Of a DNA stretch of 64,000 bases, positions 38,710-50,700 are shown one piece after another. Source of the stretch: Lama glama (taxonomy: Eukaryota). Location: contig CM052825.1 of NCBI GenBank assembly GCA_028534125.1, positions 310,001-374,000 of the forward strand, in the 5' to 3' direction. The first letter of the stretch is position 1. The number at the start of each line of letters is the position of its first letter. The notes beneath the pieces are model-generated. The model did no database searches, was not told the origin of the DNA, and worked only from the letters and a program-made list of their open reading frames with translations. The translations under genes and the position numbers were made by a program.

Positions 38710-39106
38710 GCTGGTAGTTAGCGTCTCGCATCATCTTGACCGGGCCAAGGGACGCCCACTTAGTGGGTCATGTGGCTTCCGGGTGAGGCTGGGAGGGCGA
38801 GACCGAGGGGAAACAGCCCTCTCTGGCATGGGCGGCACCGTCCCGGCCCTCGCGGGCCCAACAGAACAGAAATGCGGAGGAAGCGACAGCTGCTCTCTGC
38901 CTGAGCCGGACGTCCACCCTCCCCTGCCGTCAGACATCAGGGCTCCTGGCCCTCGAGCCTTCAACTCTCTGGGCGTCCAGCTCGCAGATGGCGGGTGGTG
39001 GGACTTCCTGGTCCCCGTGACCACGAGAGCCAGTCCCGACACGAAACGCCCCCGGAACGTCTGCGCCCACCGGTCCTGCTCCTCTGGAGAAGCAAGGCTC
39101 TCCACG
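38710..39106 (+). mobile_element. MLT2-type (ERVL) solo LTR
   Basis: catcttgaccgggccaagggacgccca...acagaacagaaatgcggaggaag...tccagctcgcagatggcgggtggtgggacttc...cctctggagaa follow the MLT2B/D order. Confidence 0.82.
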
Positions 39107-40109
39107 GTGACTGGACACCCAGTGGCGCTTTCAAACACGACCTATGGGGTGGAAGAGCCTCTGGCTGGCATCTGTGCGCTGTTCCCTCTGTGCCTGGACG
39201 GACATTCACACTGTTTGCCCACTTAAACTAATGTGAAAAAACACTTACACTTAAAGGTGTCTTATCGATCACCCTCCCATGCTTCTGTCGGAGATACATG
39301 AGTTTTTGGATTTTTTCCTTATGTCTATGAGACTCTAAGTATTAAAATTTTCCTTCAAGACTGAGTTTCTTGGGGGTTTTTTGGGCACGTAGTTGCCTAA
39401 AACTGAGACATTAAATTCTGATTAAGTTACTAAAGTGAAAGAGTAGAAATCATTTTCGTTGTGGAGATACGTCACTTAGAGCACTCACACTGGTGCTGGT
39501 TTTTAGGGCCTTATGGAAAGCAGTCCGATGTTTGGTGGCCGGAGGCTTGTACACCTCGGGGCAGTCCACCCAGGTAAGACCTGAGGGCGAGAGTGGGAGG
39601 GGGTTGAGCTTGAGAAGGACGAGGAAGGCCGACCTCGGCTGCAGAGGCCGTCCCTGGCAGGTCAGTCCCAGAGCTCGAAACCAGAGGCCAAGACTCGGCA
39701 CTCTGCCCCTGTCTGGGCGGCCCTGGAGGTTTACACAGCAAGTCTGCTGGAGGCCCACGGCCCTCAGCGAGGGCAGGACCAGCTGCCAGCCCTGCTGGCC
39801 TTGTCAGTTCTGCCCCCCTAGGCTCTTATCGGCACTCAGATTGTCCCTCTGCTGGAAACTTGCTTCTCTGCAGCACACATTTTTCAGTTTCGGGGTTGGA
39901 ACAGCCCCTCCTCCAAGAGGCCGTCCCTGGCTGCTCTGTCCAGCAGAGACCCCCGCCCACCCCGGCTCTGGGCATTTCCCACATGCTCGTCCCCCACCCG
40001 CCTCTCCTGCCCTGGGACAGAGCAGGAGCACCTGCTGGATGGACAGCTGAGCGGGAGCAGGCTCCCGCCCAGGGACCGGGGCTCTCCTGCCTTCAAGGGC
40101 AGAGGGAAC

Positions 40110-40200
40110 ATTCCCAAAGTTCACAGAGGTGACGTCATTGGCCAAGGTCACGCAGCCTGCAAACAGCAAGGCCGGCACAAGTCTCAGGTCGTCCAGGGCC
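40110..40200 (-). mobile_element. MIR fragment containing a full CRE
   Basis: cacagaggtgacgtcattggccaaggtcacgcagc resembles antisense MIR cagagaggttaagtgacttgcccaaggtcacacagc. Confidence 0.65.
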
Positions 40201-40489
40201 AGCTGTGCTCCCCACCCTCTGCTGCCAGAGGCCTCGGCCTTTTCCTAAAACGGCCTCTGAAGTCACCCCCACTCTGGGCCAGAACTTAGAGGCCCCAGGG
40301 TCATGGGCCATCCAACCCCTACCACCTTCGTAAAGCTTCTTGGGGCTCCTCCCCACAGGACCCACCCGACGCACACGCAGCCGCGTCCAGGGTCCAGAGA
40401 GGGGGCCGCTTTCCCCAGGGGGGAGCAAGGAAGAGCCCTGCGGGCCGGCTGGACTCCAGCCTGGCCAAGCGGGGACCACATCCATGCAG

Positions 40490-40650
40490 GCTGCTTCCCC
40501 CCGAGTTCCCGTCTCCTTACCTGTAAAACAGACAGCAACTGAGACACACCTGCAGGGTGACCGCAAGGGACAGATGAAATTACGTATGTCAGGTGCTCAT
40601 GGGCTGGTGCAGATGGAGCCCTAATGGACACAAAATCAATAAAAACATCC
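40490..40650 (+). mobile_element. MIR 3' half
   Basis: gtctccttacctgtaaaacag...gatgaaattacgtatgtcaggtgctca...tcaataaa. Confidence 0.6.
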
Positions 40651-40819
40651 AACCCACTCAGTGCGAACTCACTGACTCACACTACAGTGCCACCTGTCAC
40701 TATGTGACAGACCACGGGGAACCCAGAGACGACACAACTCACCACCTTCACGAGCCGGCAGGACGCTGGGCAGCTCCCCTCCCATGGTGCCGCTGGTGGC
40801 TGGGGCGCCCCTTTCAAGC

Positions 40820-41165
40820 CTGGCTCTGCTCCAGCCTCTTTGCTGATTCTTGAACATTCCAGGCATGCCCCTGACCCCAGGGCCTTTGCACCTGCACCCC
40901 TGCTGCATGAATGCTCTTTCCTCAAGCACCAGCCTGATTCACTTCTTCTGTTCCTCCGGCTTGTCCTCAAACCTCCTTCTGAGCGAGGCCTCCCAGGCAC
41001 CCCCATTCCCGGCGGTCCTTGTCACCCCTGAGCACTTGTGAACTTGAGCTGTTTACTTGCTGGCTTTGTCTTCCTCCGAGAAGGAGCTCGGTAAAGGGCG
41101 GCGGGGGGGGGGGTGGGCAGTCTGCCTATTTCACGATGCGTCTCCAGCCCTAGAGCAGGATACAA
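40820..41165 (+). mobile_element. L2 LINE 3' fragment
   Basis: ttcttgaacattccaggcatgcccctgaccccagggcctttgcacctgc...ttcacgatgcgtctccagccctagagcag. Confidence 0.75.
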
Positions 41166-42452
41166 GCTGCCTGGCCCATCCCAGGGGCATGTGTCCAACT
41201 GCCAGTCGTGATTCAGAGTCCAGAGACATCCCTGGGCAGACGAGAGCTCGCCCCAGCCAGGCTCTCCAGCCCCAGTGTCCCCTCCTCACCCAGGGGCTGA
41301 TGGGCCCTACCCCCCAGGTCCATTTGGTTCCACGAGCTGGAGCACAGGGCTGCTCGTTGGGACAAAAGGCCTGCGCAGACGGGAGCGGGGACCTCCCACC
41401 CCGTCTGGAAACCGGTTCACATGCCTTTGAGAGACCAGGAACCCCTTCTGACCAGCACAAGGCTTTCTGAATCCATCTCCTCCTGCCCACCGAGAGCACC
41501 CTCCCCGGAGGGAAGAGCAGCGCCCGTGCCCCCACCGTCTCACCGGCGGCGAGGCTGCAGATGAACGAACGGGTGACCGCCCGCCTCCCGGCCCCTCGGC
41601 TCAGGTTCAGCCTCAGTCACGTCAGGGGACCTGTGTCCACCGCCGGGAAGCATGAACTCTGAGAAGTCACGGGGCAGGTGGGCAGGGTGGGAAGCGCCCG
41701 TGGCGCCAAAGGGCTAAAGCGCTCTGCTTCAGACGGTCTGGAAACCGGGATTTGGCAGCTGACAGTACGCGGCGTGTCCTCCCCACAGCTGTTCCCGGGA
41801 GCCAGAGCACGTCTTTGTTTGCCTGACTCTTAGCAACTGTTGCTCTTTCTGAAGGACAAGCGTGAACCAGCTGTCACCCCACAAGGCGCAGCGCAGGGCA
41901 GGCTGGCTTGTCCGAGGAACAAGAAGAAAACCGCGATTGTCTCGGCTGGCGGCGGGTCCCAGTCTGGACCTCCTCTCACCGCCCGAGTGCTCCGTGCCCG
42001 GGAAGGCCGCGAGGGGGACCCCGTCGGAAGCTGGGGTCCAGCATGGGAAGAACGCGAACCCGAGGGCAGGGCGTGCCGCACACACAGAACGGCAGGCAGC
42101 AGCACCACCCGGCCCCTTCTGGAGAGAAAGACGCTGCCCCAACCCGGGTATCGACTGCGGGGTGACCGTGAGGACAGGAAGGACACCATGCAGAAACGGG
42201 TGTCTGGTGGCCGTGGCTTGTTCCAAATAGTCCAGGGTGGGGCGAGGTGGGCAGGAGGATACACCAGCCTGGCTGGGAGCTGACGTCCTCAGCTGGCTCG
42301 ACACGCTGCCCTCCCTGCTGCCGTCCGCGGTTGACGACCCCCTGCCCCGGCCAGATGCTAAAAAACTGAATCGTGTGGTCATTTTTACCCTAGTGAAGAA
42401 CCACCACAATGCTTTTCATGATGCTAGACAAAAACCGTTTTCTGTAGTAAGA

Positions 42453-42523
42453 AGCACACACCACATACACACCACACAGACACACCATGAACACACACAC
42501 CAGACACAGCACACACACCACAT
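42453..42523. repeat. Imperfect (CA)n tract
   Basis: cacacaccacatacacaccacacagacacaccatgaacacacacaccagacacagcacacacaccaca. Confidence 0.8.
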
Positions 42524-42732
42524 TAGCGTAAGGAGGGTCACATCTTCCAGAACGTGAAGCCAGTCCCTCTGACCCAAGAGTGAGGACGTCTGAGAGGAAG
42601 AGGCAGGGCTGTGGGGCTGACATGAGAACCCAGCCAGGAAGATGCATCGGAAAATGTCCACACAGGGAAGACACCATGCACCTTCCTGGTTCCTTCTTGG
42701 ACTTTGTTTAAAAAAGAACAGTGGCTTTCCCC

Positions 42733-42870
42733 CATGTAAATCAATCAAGTCAGAACACTCCCTCACACTGTACACAAAAATAAACTCGAAATGGCTTAAA
42801 GACTTAAATATAAGACATGACACCATAAATCTCCAAGAAGAAAACACAGGCAAAACATTCTCTGACATAA
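42733..42870 (+). mobile_element. Short, little-diverged internal L1 ORF2 fragment (no poly-A, no TSD)
   Basis: Open frame [45 protein letters not shown] matches the L1 ORF2p KINSKWIKDLN region. Confidence 0.92.
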
Positions 42871-42872
42871 CA

Positions 42873-42897
42873 TAACCCTAACCCTAACCCTAACCCT
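42873..42897 (-). repeat. Interstitial telomeric repeat (TTAGGG)4
   Basis: taaccctaaccctaaccctaaccct, four perfect units. Confidence 0.95.
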
Positions 42898-43025
42898 CTT
42901 GGGCAACCTGCGTAACCTCTCTGTGCCTCATCTGTCCAGGGGCCACGACGATGCCAGCATTGTTCTAACAACACGATACAGACGAGGCCTGAGGTCCGGG
43001 GCTAGCCCAGAGCACACCGTGTGGT
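42898..43025 (+). mobile_element. MIR, 5'-truncated at the telomeric tract
   Basis: cttgggcaacctgcgtaacctctctgtgcctcatctgt matches MIR core ccttgggcaagttacttaacctctctgtgcctcagtttcctcatctgt. Confidence 0.7.
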
Positions 43026-44323
43026 GGAGGATCCAGAGACCTGCTCTCAGCCCCCCAGCTGAGCACAGCCTCCGAACCCTGCTGGGGCCACGTGGCCCAC
43101 GAGGTGCTGACTGGAGGTCTCCCCTGCCCGGAGCAAGCCTAGCTTTGTGTAAGAAAGAAAATCAAATTCTTTGCATGTTCAAGCAATTAAGCATCTCCCT
43201 GGATGAGACCCCGCACTTCCCAAAATGCTAATTTTGTTTTCCAGTGTTGCCTAAAGGGAAGCAGTAAGCCCCAAAGACGGAGCCAGGCTGGAGAAGCAGA
43301 GCCGGTCCCCCAGGCCATGTGTGAATTCAGCAGACTAGCGTGTTTTTCCCATCACCTGGGGGCCTGAGACAACCGGTGGAAAAACAGACCGCAGAGATCA
43401 CCGGGTGGGGGGGAGACAGACAGCTGTGCACCAGGGGTGCAGCCAGAGGCCTGTCTTATCAGAGCCCAGGGAGCAGGACCCGCTGCCAGCAAGGCTGCCC
43501 AGGAAGATGCCTTGCCTGCCAGCCCATCTGGTGGCTCCAGTAAGGGGGCCCCAGCCGAGGGCTGGACGCACAGTGCTGCTGCCTGGACCCTGCCCTACAG
43601 GCACACACACAGGGCCTCCTAACCATCACACTTCCGGCTCCCAGGGGATGCCCTGTCCCAGGCACCCTGGTCGGGGGAACCAGGAAGGAACCTAATTGAA
43701 TCTGACTGAACCCAAGGGCTCCCCCCACAGGCCTGGGGTGCACCCTCAGGGGACCAGCCGGGACCCACAGCACATCTCAGGGCTCCACAGCATCCCAAGG
43801 GCCACCTTCTGTGTCCCCAGGAAGGACAACAGATCTGCTGTTGCTCACAACAGCTGCACCCAAGTGAGAAGGCTGCACCCACCACCACCAGTACCCTCAC
43901 CAGGACTCAGCTCTTCAGAAGGGCCCTGAAGGGGCCACATGGGGCACGAGGACACCCCATTCCCAGTGCCAGCTCGGACATGTGGTGCATGGCCTGGAGC
44001 AAGGGGCAAGGGCCCTCCCCTCACTGGGCCTGGAAAACTTTGTTCACAGAGACAGAGCAACCAGCCAGCCTTCCAGATCCTTCCTGTGTGTCCCAAGGCC
44101 AGAGCAGCCTGATCACCTGCCTCAGGTCCAGGATGATACAGAGAATGACACTGTGGAGAGGTCTCAGGGCCACCGCAGCCCCTTCCTCAGACTCAGCGCT
44201 GAGGGGCAGAGGGCTCTGGCTATGGGCACCACCTGGATGGTTAGGCCAATCTCAGAGGGGCAAAGCTTCATCCAGACAGAAGCTGACTAGCTTAGCCCCA
44301 TCCTCAAGTCAGAGGGCCACAAA

Positions 44324-44410
44324 GATGATGATAATCATGATGACCATGATGGTGATGATGTGATGGTGACGGTGGTAGTGATGATGGTGACGATGTGCTG
44401 GTGATCATGA
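44324..44410. repeat. (GAT/GGT)n trinucleotide repeat running into the gap
   Basis: gatgatgataatcatgatgaccatgatggtgatgatgtgatggtgacggtggtagtgatgatggtgacgatg. Confidence 0.9.
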
Positions 44411-44849
44411 NNNNNNNNNNNNNNNNNNNNNNNNNNNNNNNNNNNNNNNNNNNNNNNNNNNNNNNNNNNNNNNNNNNNNNNNNNNNNNNNNNNNNNNNNN
44501 NNNNNNNNNNNNNNNNNNNNNNNNNNNNNNNNNNNNNNNNNNNNNNNNNNNNNNNNGNNNNNNNNNNNNNNNNNNNNNNNNNNNNNNNNNNNNNNNNNNN
44601 NNNNNNNNNNNNNNNNNNNNNNNNNNNNNNNNNNNNNNNNNNNNNNNNNNNNNNNNNNNNNNNNNNNNNNNNNNNNNNNNNNNNNNNNNNNNNNNNNNNN
44701 NNNNNNNNNNNNNNNNNNNNNNNNNNNNNNNNNNNNNNNNNNNNNNNNNNNNNNNNNNNNNNNNNNNNNNNNNNNNNNNNNNNNNNNNNNNNNNNNNNNN
44801 NNNNNNNNNNNNNNNNNNNNNNNNNNNNNNNNNNNNNNNNNNNNNNNNN
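44411..44849. other. Assembly gap (N run, single G at 44557)
   Basis: 439 positions of N with one called base. Confidence 0.99.
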
Positions 44850-44930
44850 CATTCCATCCTCACTACAGCCTCAGGGTAGGTTTTATTACCCTCATTTGAC
44901 ACTTGAGGAAACTGAAGCCCAGAGAACATC
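44850..44930 (-). mobile_element. MIR fragment
   Basis: atcctcactacagcctcagggtaggttttattaccctcatttgacacttgaggaaactgaagcccagaga. Confidence 0.75.
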
Positions 44931-46399
44931 ATTATACAACTTGTAAATGACACCGTGCAACTGTCTCCACCTTAAATGCTGCAGCATGAGTGTGTGTCTG
45001 TGCACCTGTGTGCATGTGTACGTGTGTTTAATGCCAGTCCCCCAGTCCCCTCTCTCACTCCCAAGGCCCAACAAGCCAGGGCCCCAGGGAAAGGTGACCT
45101 CACACCCCACGACATGGCCTGGACTAGCCGCCCTCCCACCTTCCTCTCCCACGCAGGTGTGTGTGAACTGTTGTCCCTGGTTGGGCAGAACATGCACTTT
45201 GGAGCCCCAGAGATTTGTGCTGCAACTCGGGCTCTGCCACGACAGGTGGTGTGGCTGTAACCAAGGGCATCCTGTTTATTCTCAGAGGGGGAAACTGAGG
45301 CTCCGCAGCCCCCACACAGACCCACAGAAAGCCTGCAATAAACCCCGACTGGCAACGCCGCCCGTGCAGGAGGAAGCCTCTCCCACAGCCAGGAAGCAAT
45401 ACCTTCCCCAAAAGCCAAGGACAGGGACACAGTCCTCACCTCCTCCCGACACACAAGCACCTCCACGCAGACTGCAAGTACCATTATAAGCAGACAAGAG
45501 CAAAACACCCAGCCTATGCATGTATTTACATGCAACATAATGTATACATGCAGTCAAACTGTAACAATTCTACCTAATAAAACAGAAAAATGAAAAAAAA
45601 TCACCTAGCCCGTGGCATGGGGTTGTCTCAAACCTGAATTTAGCAGGAAGAGCCACAGGGCAGCAGGTGGTGCCCCCCGACGGTGGATTCATCCGCAAAC
45701 GGACACCCTGGCGCTCTACCCCAGGGGCAGGCGCCGGGGAGCAGCCTCCGTCGAGGCGGGCGCACTTGCCAGACCACAGCCAAGCGGAGACAACGCTGTG
45801 CAGCCCTGCATCCAGCAGCTGGAAAAGCACACTCTGGATGGCCCACAGGGAGGTATCCTGTGGAAGGTCGGGAGACAGTGTCTCCCTGCCCACGCCCTCT
45901 GGAACCCATTTCCTGAACCATCAGCCTGTTTCTGTAGAGACTGTGGCCAGAAACAGGAGCCCGTTGGAGCTTCAATCTGGAAAGTGAGTTTTCCTCTGTG
46001 CAAAACAAAAGATCTGGAACAGACACATCCCATGTGAAAGCTTTCTTTCCAAGCCAACCTGGCAAAGAGGAATTTTAATCCAACCATCTGCTTCCTCCAC
46101 TTCTTGTCCACCTGGCTCTTGGATGCAGGAAAGTCAGAGGCTGAGGGAACCATGCGGTTCTGGAAACTGAGGGCCAAGGGCACAGGACCCCAGTGTCCTG
46201 GACATGCTGGCGCTCAGGCCAGGATGGCGCTGAGCCAAACCTTTCTGAACCAGCTGGCGCCCGGGGGCTGGAAGGGGTCACGAATGGCTGCGAGAAGTTT
46301 GCGTTAAACACAGCCGCCCCCGGGGGCCCTCTGGGCAGCACAGAGAAGGGCAGCTGACGTCCAGTGGGGCCAAAAGAGAAACGGAGACTGCGATTCCTC

Positions 46400-46950
46400 C
46401 AAAAGCTCCCCATGGAGTCATCACTCCTCCCAGCGACTCCTCTCCCAGGGACACGCCCGAGCACTCAGACACCACGTCCACAGCAGCACGGGTCACAGGG
46501 ACGACAGGTGGAAACCACCCATGTGCCGGTCAGCTGGTAAACATAAACAAACTGTCGCCCATCCACACGCCAGAGTATCACTCACCCCTGGAAAAGGAAT
46601 GAGGCTGAGACACCTGCGACTGCCCGGATGAACCCCAAGGACGTGGTGCTCTGCGAGAGAAGCTGGACACAGCAGGACACGAGCTCACGAGTCCGCTGAC
46701 TTGAAATGCCTCCAACAGGCCGCTCAGGAGAAGCAGAAAGGCGACTACGGATTACAGCAGGGGCCGGGTGGGGCCGGGGAGCCGCTGCTGAGCGTCCATG
46801 TTTCTGTTCAGGGTGACGAAACATCGCGGAAACGAGGAGTGTGCTGGCTGGGCGGCACTGTGAGTGTGCCCGGTGCCCCACTGCGCACTTATAATGGTTG
46901 AAATGACCAACCTTATGGTACAGGCATTTGTCACGATGGGAACAAATAAG
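46400..46950 (+). mobile_element. L1MB-type 3' end, GC-shifted
   Basis: aggtggaaaccacccatgtgcc...aaaaggaatgaggctgagacacctgcgactgcccggatgaaccccaaggac...gcacttataatggttgaaatg. Confidence 0.82.
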
Positions 46951-49900
46951 ACAGAGAACGCGGTCCGGCGGGTCTGGAGATCATTTTTCAGATTTGTCCA
47001 CAAACGCTCCCGTGGGGAGAGACGGAGGGCCCGTCAACCTGCAGCTCCCCAGTGTCAGAAATCCCGTTTTGTGGCCTCCCTTCCTCAGGCCACCGTCCTC
47101 CAGGGACCGGACCAGGCCAGGCCCCTCCAGGAAGCGACCCGTGACTAAGGCAGTGACGAGCGGGGCCTCGGGGGCACAGAGCCCGCTTCTCGGCCCCTCT
47201 GCAGACCTTGGCCAGCTCATGTGGTCCAGACCCTGAGATGGGAGAGGCCCTGGGCCTCTGGGGAGGACAACCTGGGGGCCCGCCGTCTGCTTCCTGGCAT
47301 GGCCACAGCAAGAGGAAGGAACTGGGCAGACGGGAAGTGTGAGGTCTAGTGAGGCCAGAACCTGGGAACCTCGAAGACACTTCCGTGAACCCAGAACCAC
47401 TCAGATCACGGGTCTCTGCGCCCCCGTAACCCTGCTGCCCCAAGCCCAACAGGTGCACACCAGGCCTGCCCCACGGGGTGACCCACGGCCATCCTGCCCA
47501 AGCCTCTGCTCCAGCCACGCCCTTGGAGGTACCACCCCGCCAGCTCCCCACCTGCTGTGAGCGGTCACCCCACTTCACAGTGCACAGGCCGCTCCAACAA
47601 CTGCGCAGCGCACACCCTCAAGTCTTTGCGTTTACCTGTCGGACGAGGCGGGCCCTGGAGGGCAGGAGCCCCCGTCTCCCCAGCTCTGCCCGGCACCCAG
47701 GAAACGCAGATGAGTCCAGTCAACGGAACTCCGCTGACCGGAGAAACGAGCCCAGGGCATGCGGTCTGCTGAGCCCGCTGTCCTCACCTTCCGTGTGTCA
47801 GGTCGGAGAGGACAGCCAGCGCGGCTCCTGGTGACCTCCAGGCGGACAGGGACGTCGGGGATTCCAACAGCCACAGCCCCCGGCACCCGAGCAGACCCGG
47901 GCTGGACCGCCACCCAGCCCTGCCGACCCAGCATGGTCAGCGGACGTCCCAAGGGCCCGGGCCGCGCTCACTGTGCTGCCCTGAGTGGGAACAAGGTTTC
48001 CTCCGGCTCATCACTGCTGCCGGAGCCACCAACAAGCAAGCACCCGCTCTCACACTTGGATCTGGTTCTGGACAAGCTGAACACAGACCAGGCCCGAAAC
48101 CAGGGCCCCGGGAACAAAATCCACCTTCCAAGCAAAGTACCTTTGGGGTGACGCCCACACCACACCCCCAGGCCCCCCTCCCGGCCTCTCGCGGCGACCG
48201 CTGCCTGCGGGCCCAGGTGCGCTCGGCATGTGGTCCCCCCGAGGGACGCCTCCACCCTTGGGCTGGCACCGGTACCGAGAGAGGAGGGCACGGCTGGACC
48301 CCGGCCCGGTCAGCTGCCCCTCCCTGAGGGCCTGAAACTGACTGAAGAGTGGACGGTGGTCTGTGTGGCCGCCAGCCGGGCACCTGCAAACCCCCACCTG
48401 AGAGTCTGTCGGCAGAAAGGTTCAAGCAGCGGCCTGAGGGCCTCCCGCTCTGGACCCCAGCACCTTCTCTACTTTGAAACTGTGGATGCACCACCCATGC
48501 AAAACTGTATTTTAACGTAAACAGATTTTAAATGGACGTTTACGTTCACGTGGCAGCAGATACAACACTTGCGTCCCCGGGTTGCTCAGCGCCGAGGACG
48601 CAACTGCCAGCGGCACCTCCAGGCCGAGGGCAGGAGACAACAAGCACCCGTCTCGCGGTCTCGGAGGTGGGCGCCCAGGGTCGGCACCAGCAGGTGGGAC
48701 CCGCGGTGCGGCCGGGGCCTCACGCCTCCTCCAGCCTCTGGGGGCTGCCCGTGGCCCTGGGCTGGCGTCGGCTCTGTGGCCACGAGGCTGCTCTCCTCTG
48801 TCCAAAGCCCCTGCCTCCCTCTTACACGACATGACCCCCCACGTCAAGACCTTTAACTTCTTCATGTTGGCAAAGTTCCTTCGTGCCACGTAAGCTGACA
48901 GTCCCAGGTTCCCAGGATTAAGTCCCAGGGCCCCAGGGGCCCCCAGGGCCTGGACACCTCCATGTTCCCCTCATCCCCTGTCGAGCCTGTGAGCGGACCT
49001 GAAGTGCTTGTAATCCTGAGCCCAAACCTTTCTCCCTGGGCAGGAGTCCGGGCCACTCACAGGTCCGACACAAGGCCACGGCCGGGGGCCCCTGGGGGGC
49101 GGGGACGCAGAGGGACCTTCTCCCTTCATTCCACGTAGTTCTGTGTTGTTCGGAGATCTCGTATGGACTGTTCTCGCAACGTGCTCAGTTACCTAACAGA
49201 GAATTACAGTTTGCCAAAAATGCAAGAGAAAAGAATTTTTTAAACACCATTTAGTCTGATCCACGTGGAGGAGTCTGTCTTAAGGAAACAGACAAGCACT
49301 CCCAACAAGCAGACAGGGATGGTCGTGTCCCCAGAGCGCTGCGCACCGTGAAGAGTGCACACATCCCACGTGAAGGCGGTCACGGCACACAACCCCACGG
49401 AAACGGCGCCACGACCACCGGGAAGTCTTCGCTGACAAACAGAGATGCTCCCGGCCTCTCAAGTGGGACCGACTGGAGGGCGCGACTCCTTCCGCTTGTG
49501 ACAACGCGGCCAGGACGGGTGTGTGAACTAAACCCCGAGCACGCCCAGTGGCTCCCTGGGAGTTGGCTGAGGGGGGACGTTTTGCTTCATATTCTATCAA
49601 AACTTCCCAGTGTCTCCGGTATTTCCATGATCACGATCCCCAAGCACGACACCTCAGCCCCTTCACAGCCCCCGGGCCCCCGCCCCGTGTCCCCTCCCAA
49701 GGCCCCGCGAGCCCCTGCCGGCCATCACCCTCCCTCGGAACCCGCGCGCCGAGGACAGGCAGCTGGATGTCCCCACGGGGCAGCGGCTTCAGCGCGGGCA
49801 CAGGAGGCCCCCGTAAGGCCCCTGGGTGTCCTTCTGTGCCAGGGTTGGCGTGCAGGTACTTGAGATCCTGCCCCGCATGGGAGGAGGCAGCCCAGGTGCA

Positions 49901-50028
49901 CAGCACCTGACTTCTGGACACCGGCCCTGCCTCGTGAGCCCCAGGAGCCCCCCTTCCAAAACCGACGTGCGTCCAGGAGCCGGGCACCCCCGTGCCTCAG
50001 CGCCCGACCAGAGACGCCCCCGTGCCTA

Positions 50029-50142
<114 letters not shown>

Positions 50143-50559
50143 TCAGACCTGGGGGCGTCCCGGGGCGGGCAGAGCACTGGGCCTGGGCCGACCCTGAGAA
50201 CTGGTGGTGTGGCTCGAAACCGGCTGCTCAGCCTTCCAGGTGTCACTCCCAGTGATGGCAGACAGTTAAAATCTGAAGCGCACGCCAGTTGTTTGAAATT
50301 TAAAAAATAAGGAAAGAAAAGGCAAGGGACACAGAGTGGCCCAAGAGGCGACTTAAGTGTCATCTCAAATTCGGGGTCTTGGCTTCACAAGACCTCCAGG
50401 CCCTGGCGTTATGTCTTCTGTTGATTTCTTTGTTTCACTGGCTTTTTTTAAGGTAATAAATACTTGTTGAAACATTGGAAAACAAAAAAATAAAAATTAA
50501 CTTGACACTTGGCTGTGCCCCTCGGGTGGTGACGGCCTCCCGCCCCCTCCGCCGCCGGA

Positions 50560-50700
50560 CTGGAGGCCAGGAGGAGGGTCCTGACCAGGAGCGCACCCCG
50601 GCACCTTCCCCTCGGACTCCCCGCCTCCAGACGCGGCAATCGCAGTCTGCAGTTCACGCCGCCGGTCCTTGGTCACAGCAGCCTGAGCTGACTAACACGG
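50560..50700 (+). mobile_element. MLT1 LTR 3' fragment followed by an L1 tail (to ~50790)
   Basis: ggcaccttcccctcggactccccgcctccagac...ggtcacagcagcctgagctgactaacac; then gatggtgaagttcacattatgcatattttgccataac + A-rich tail. Confidence 0.65.

Noticed and set aside
44304-44953. ORFs made of X residues
   Set aside because: Translation through the N gap.
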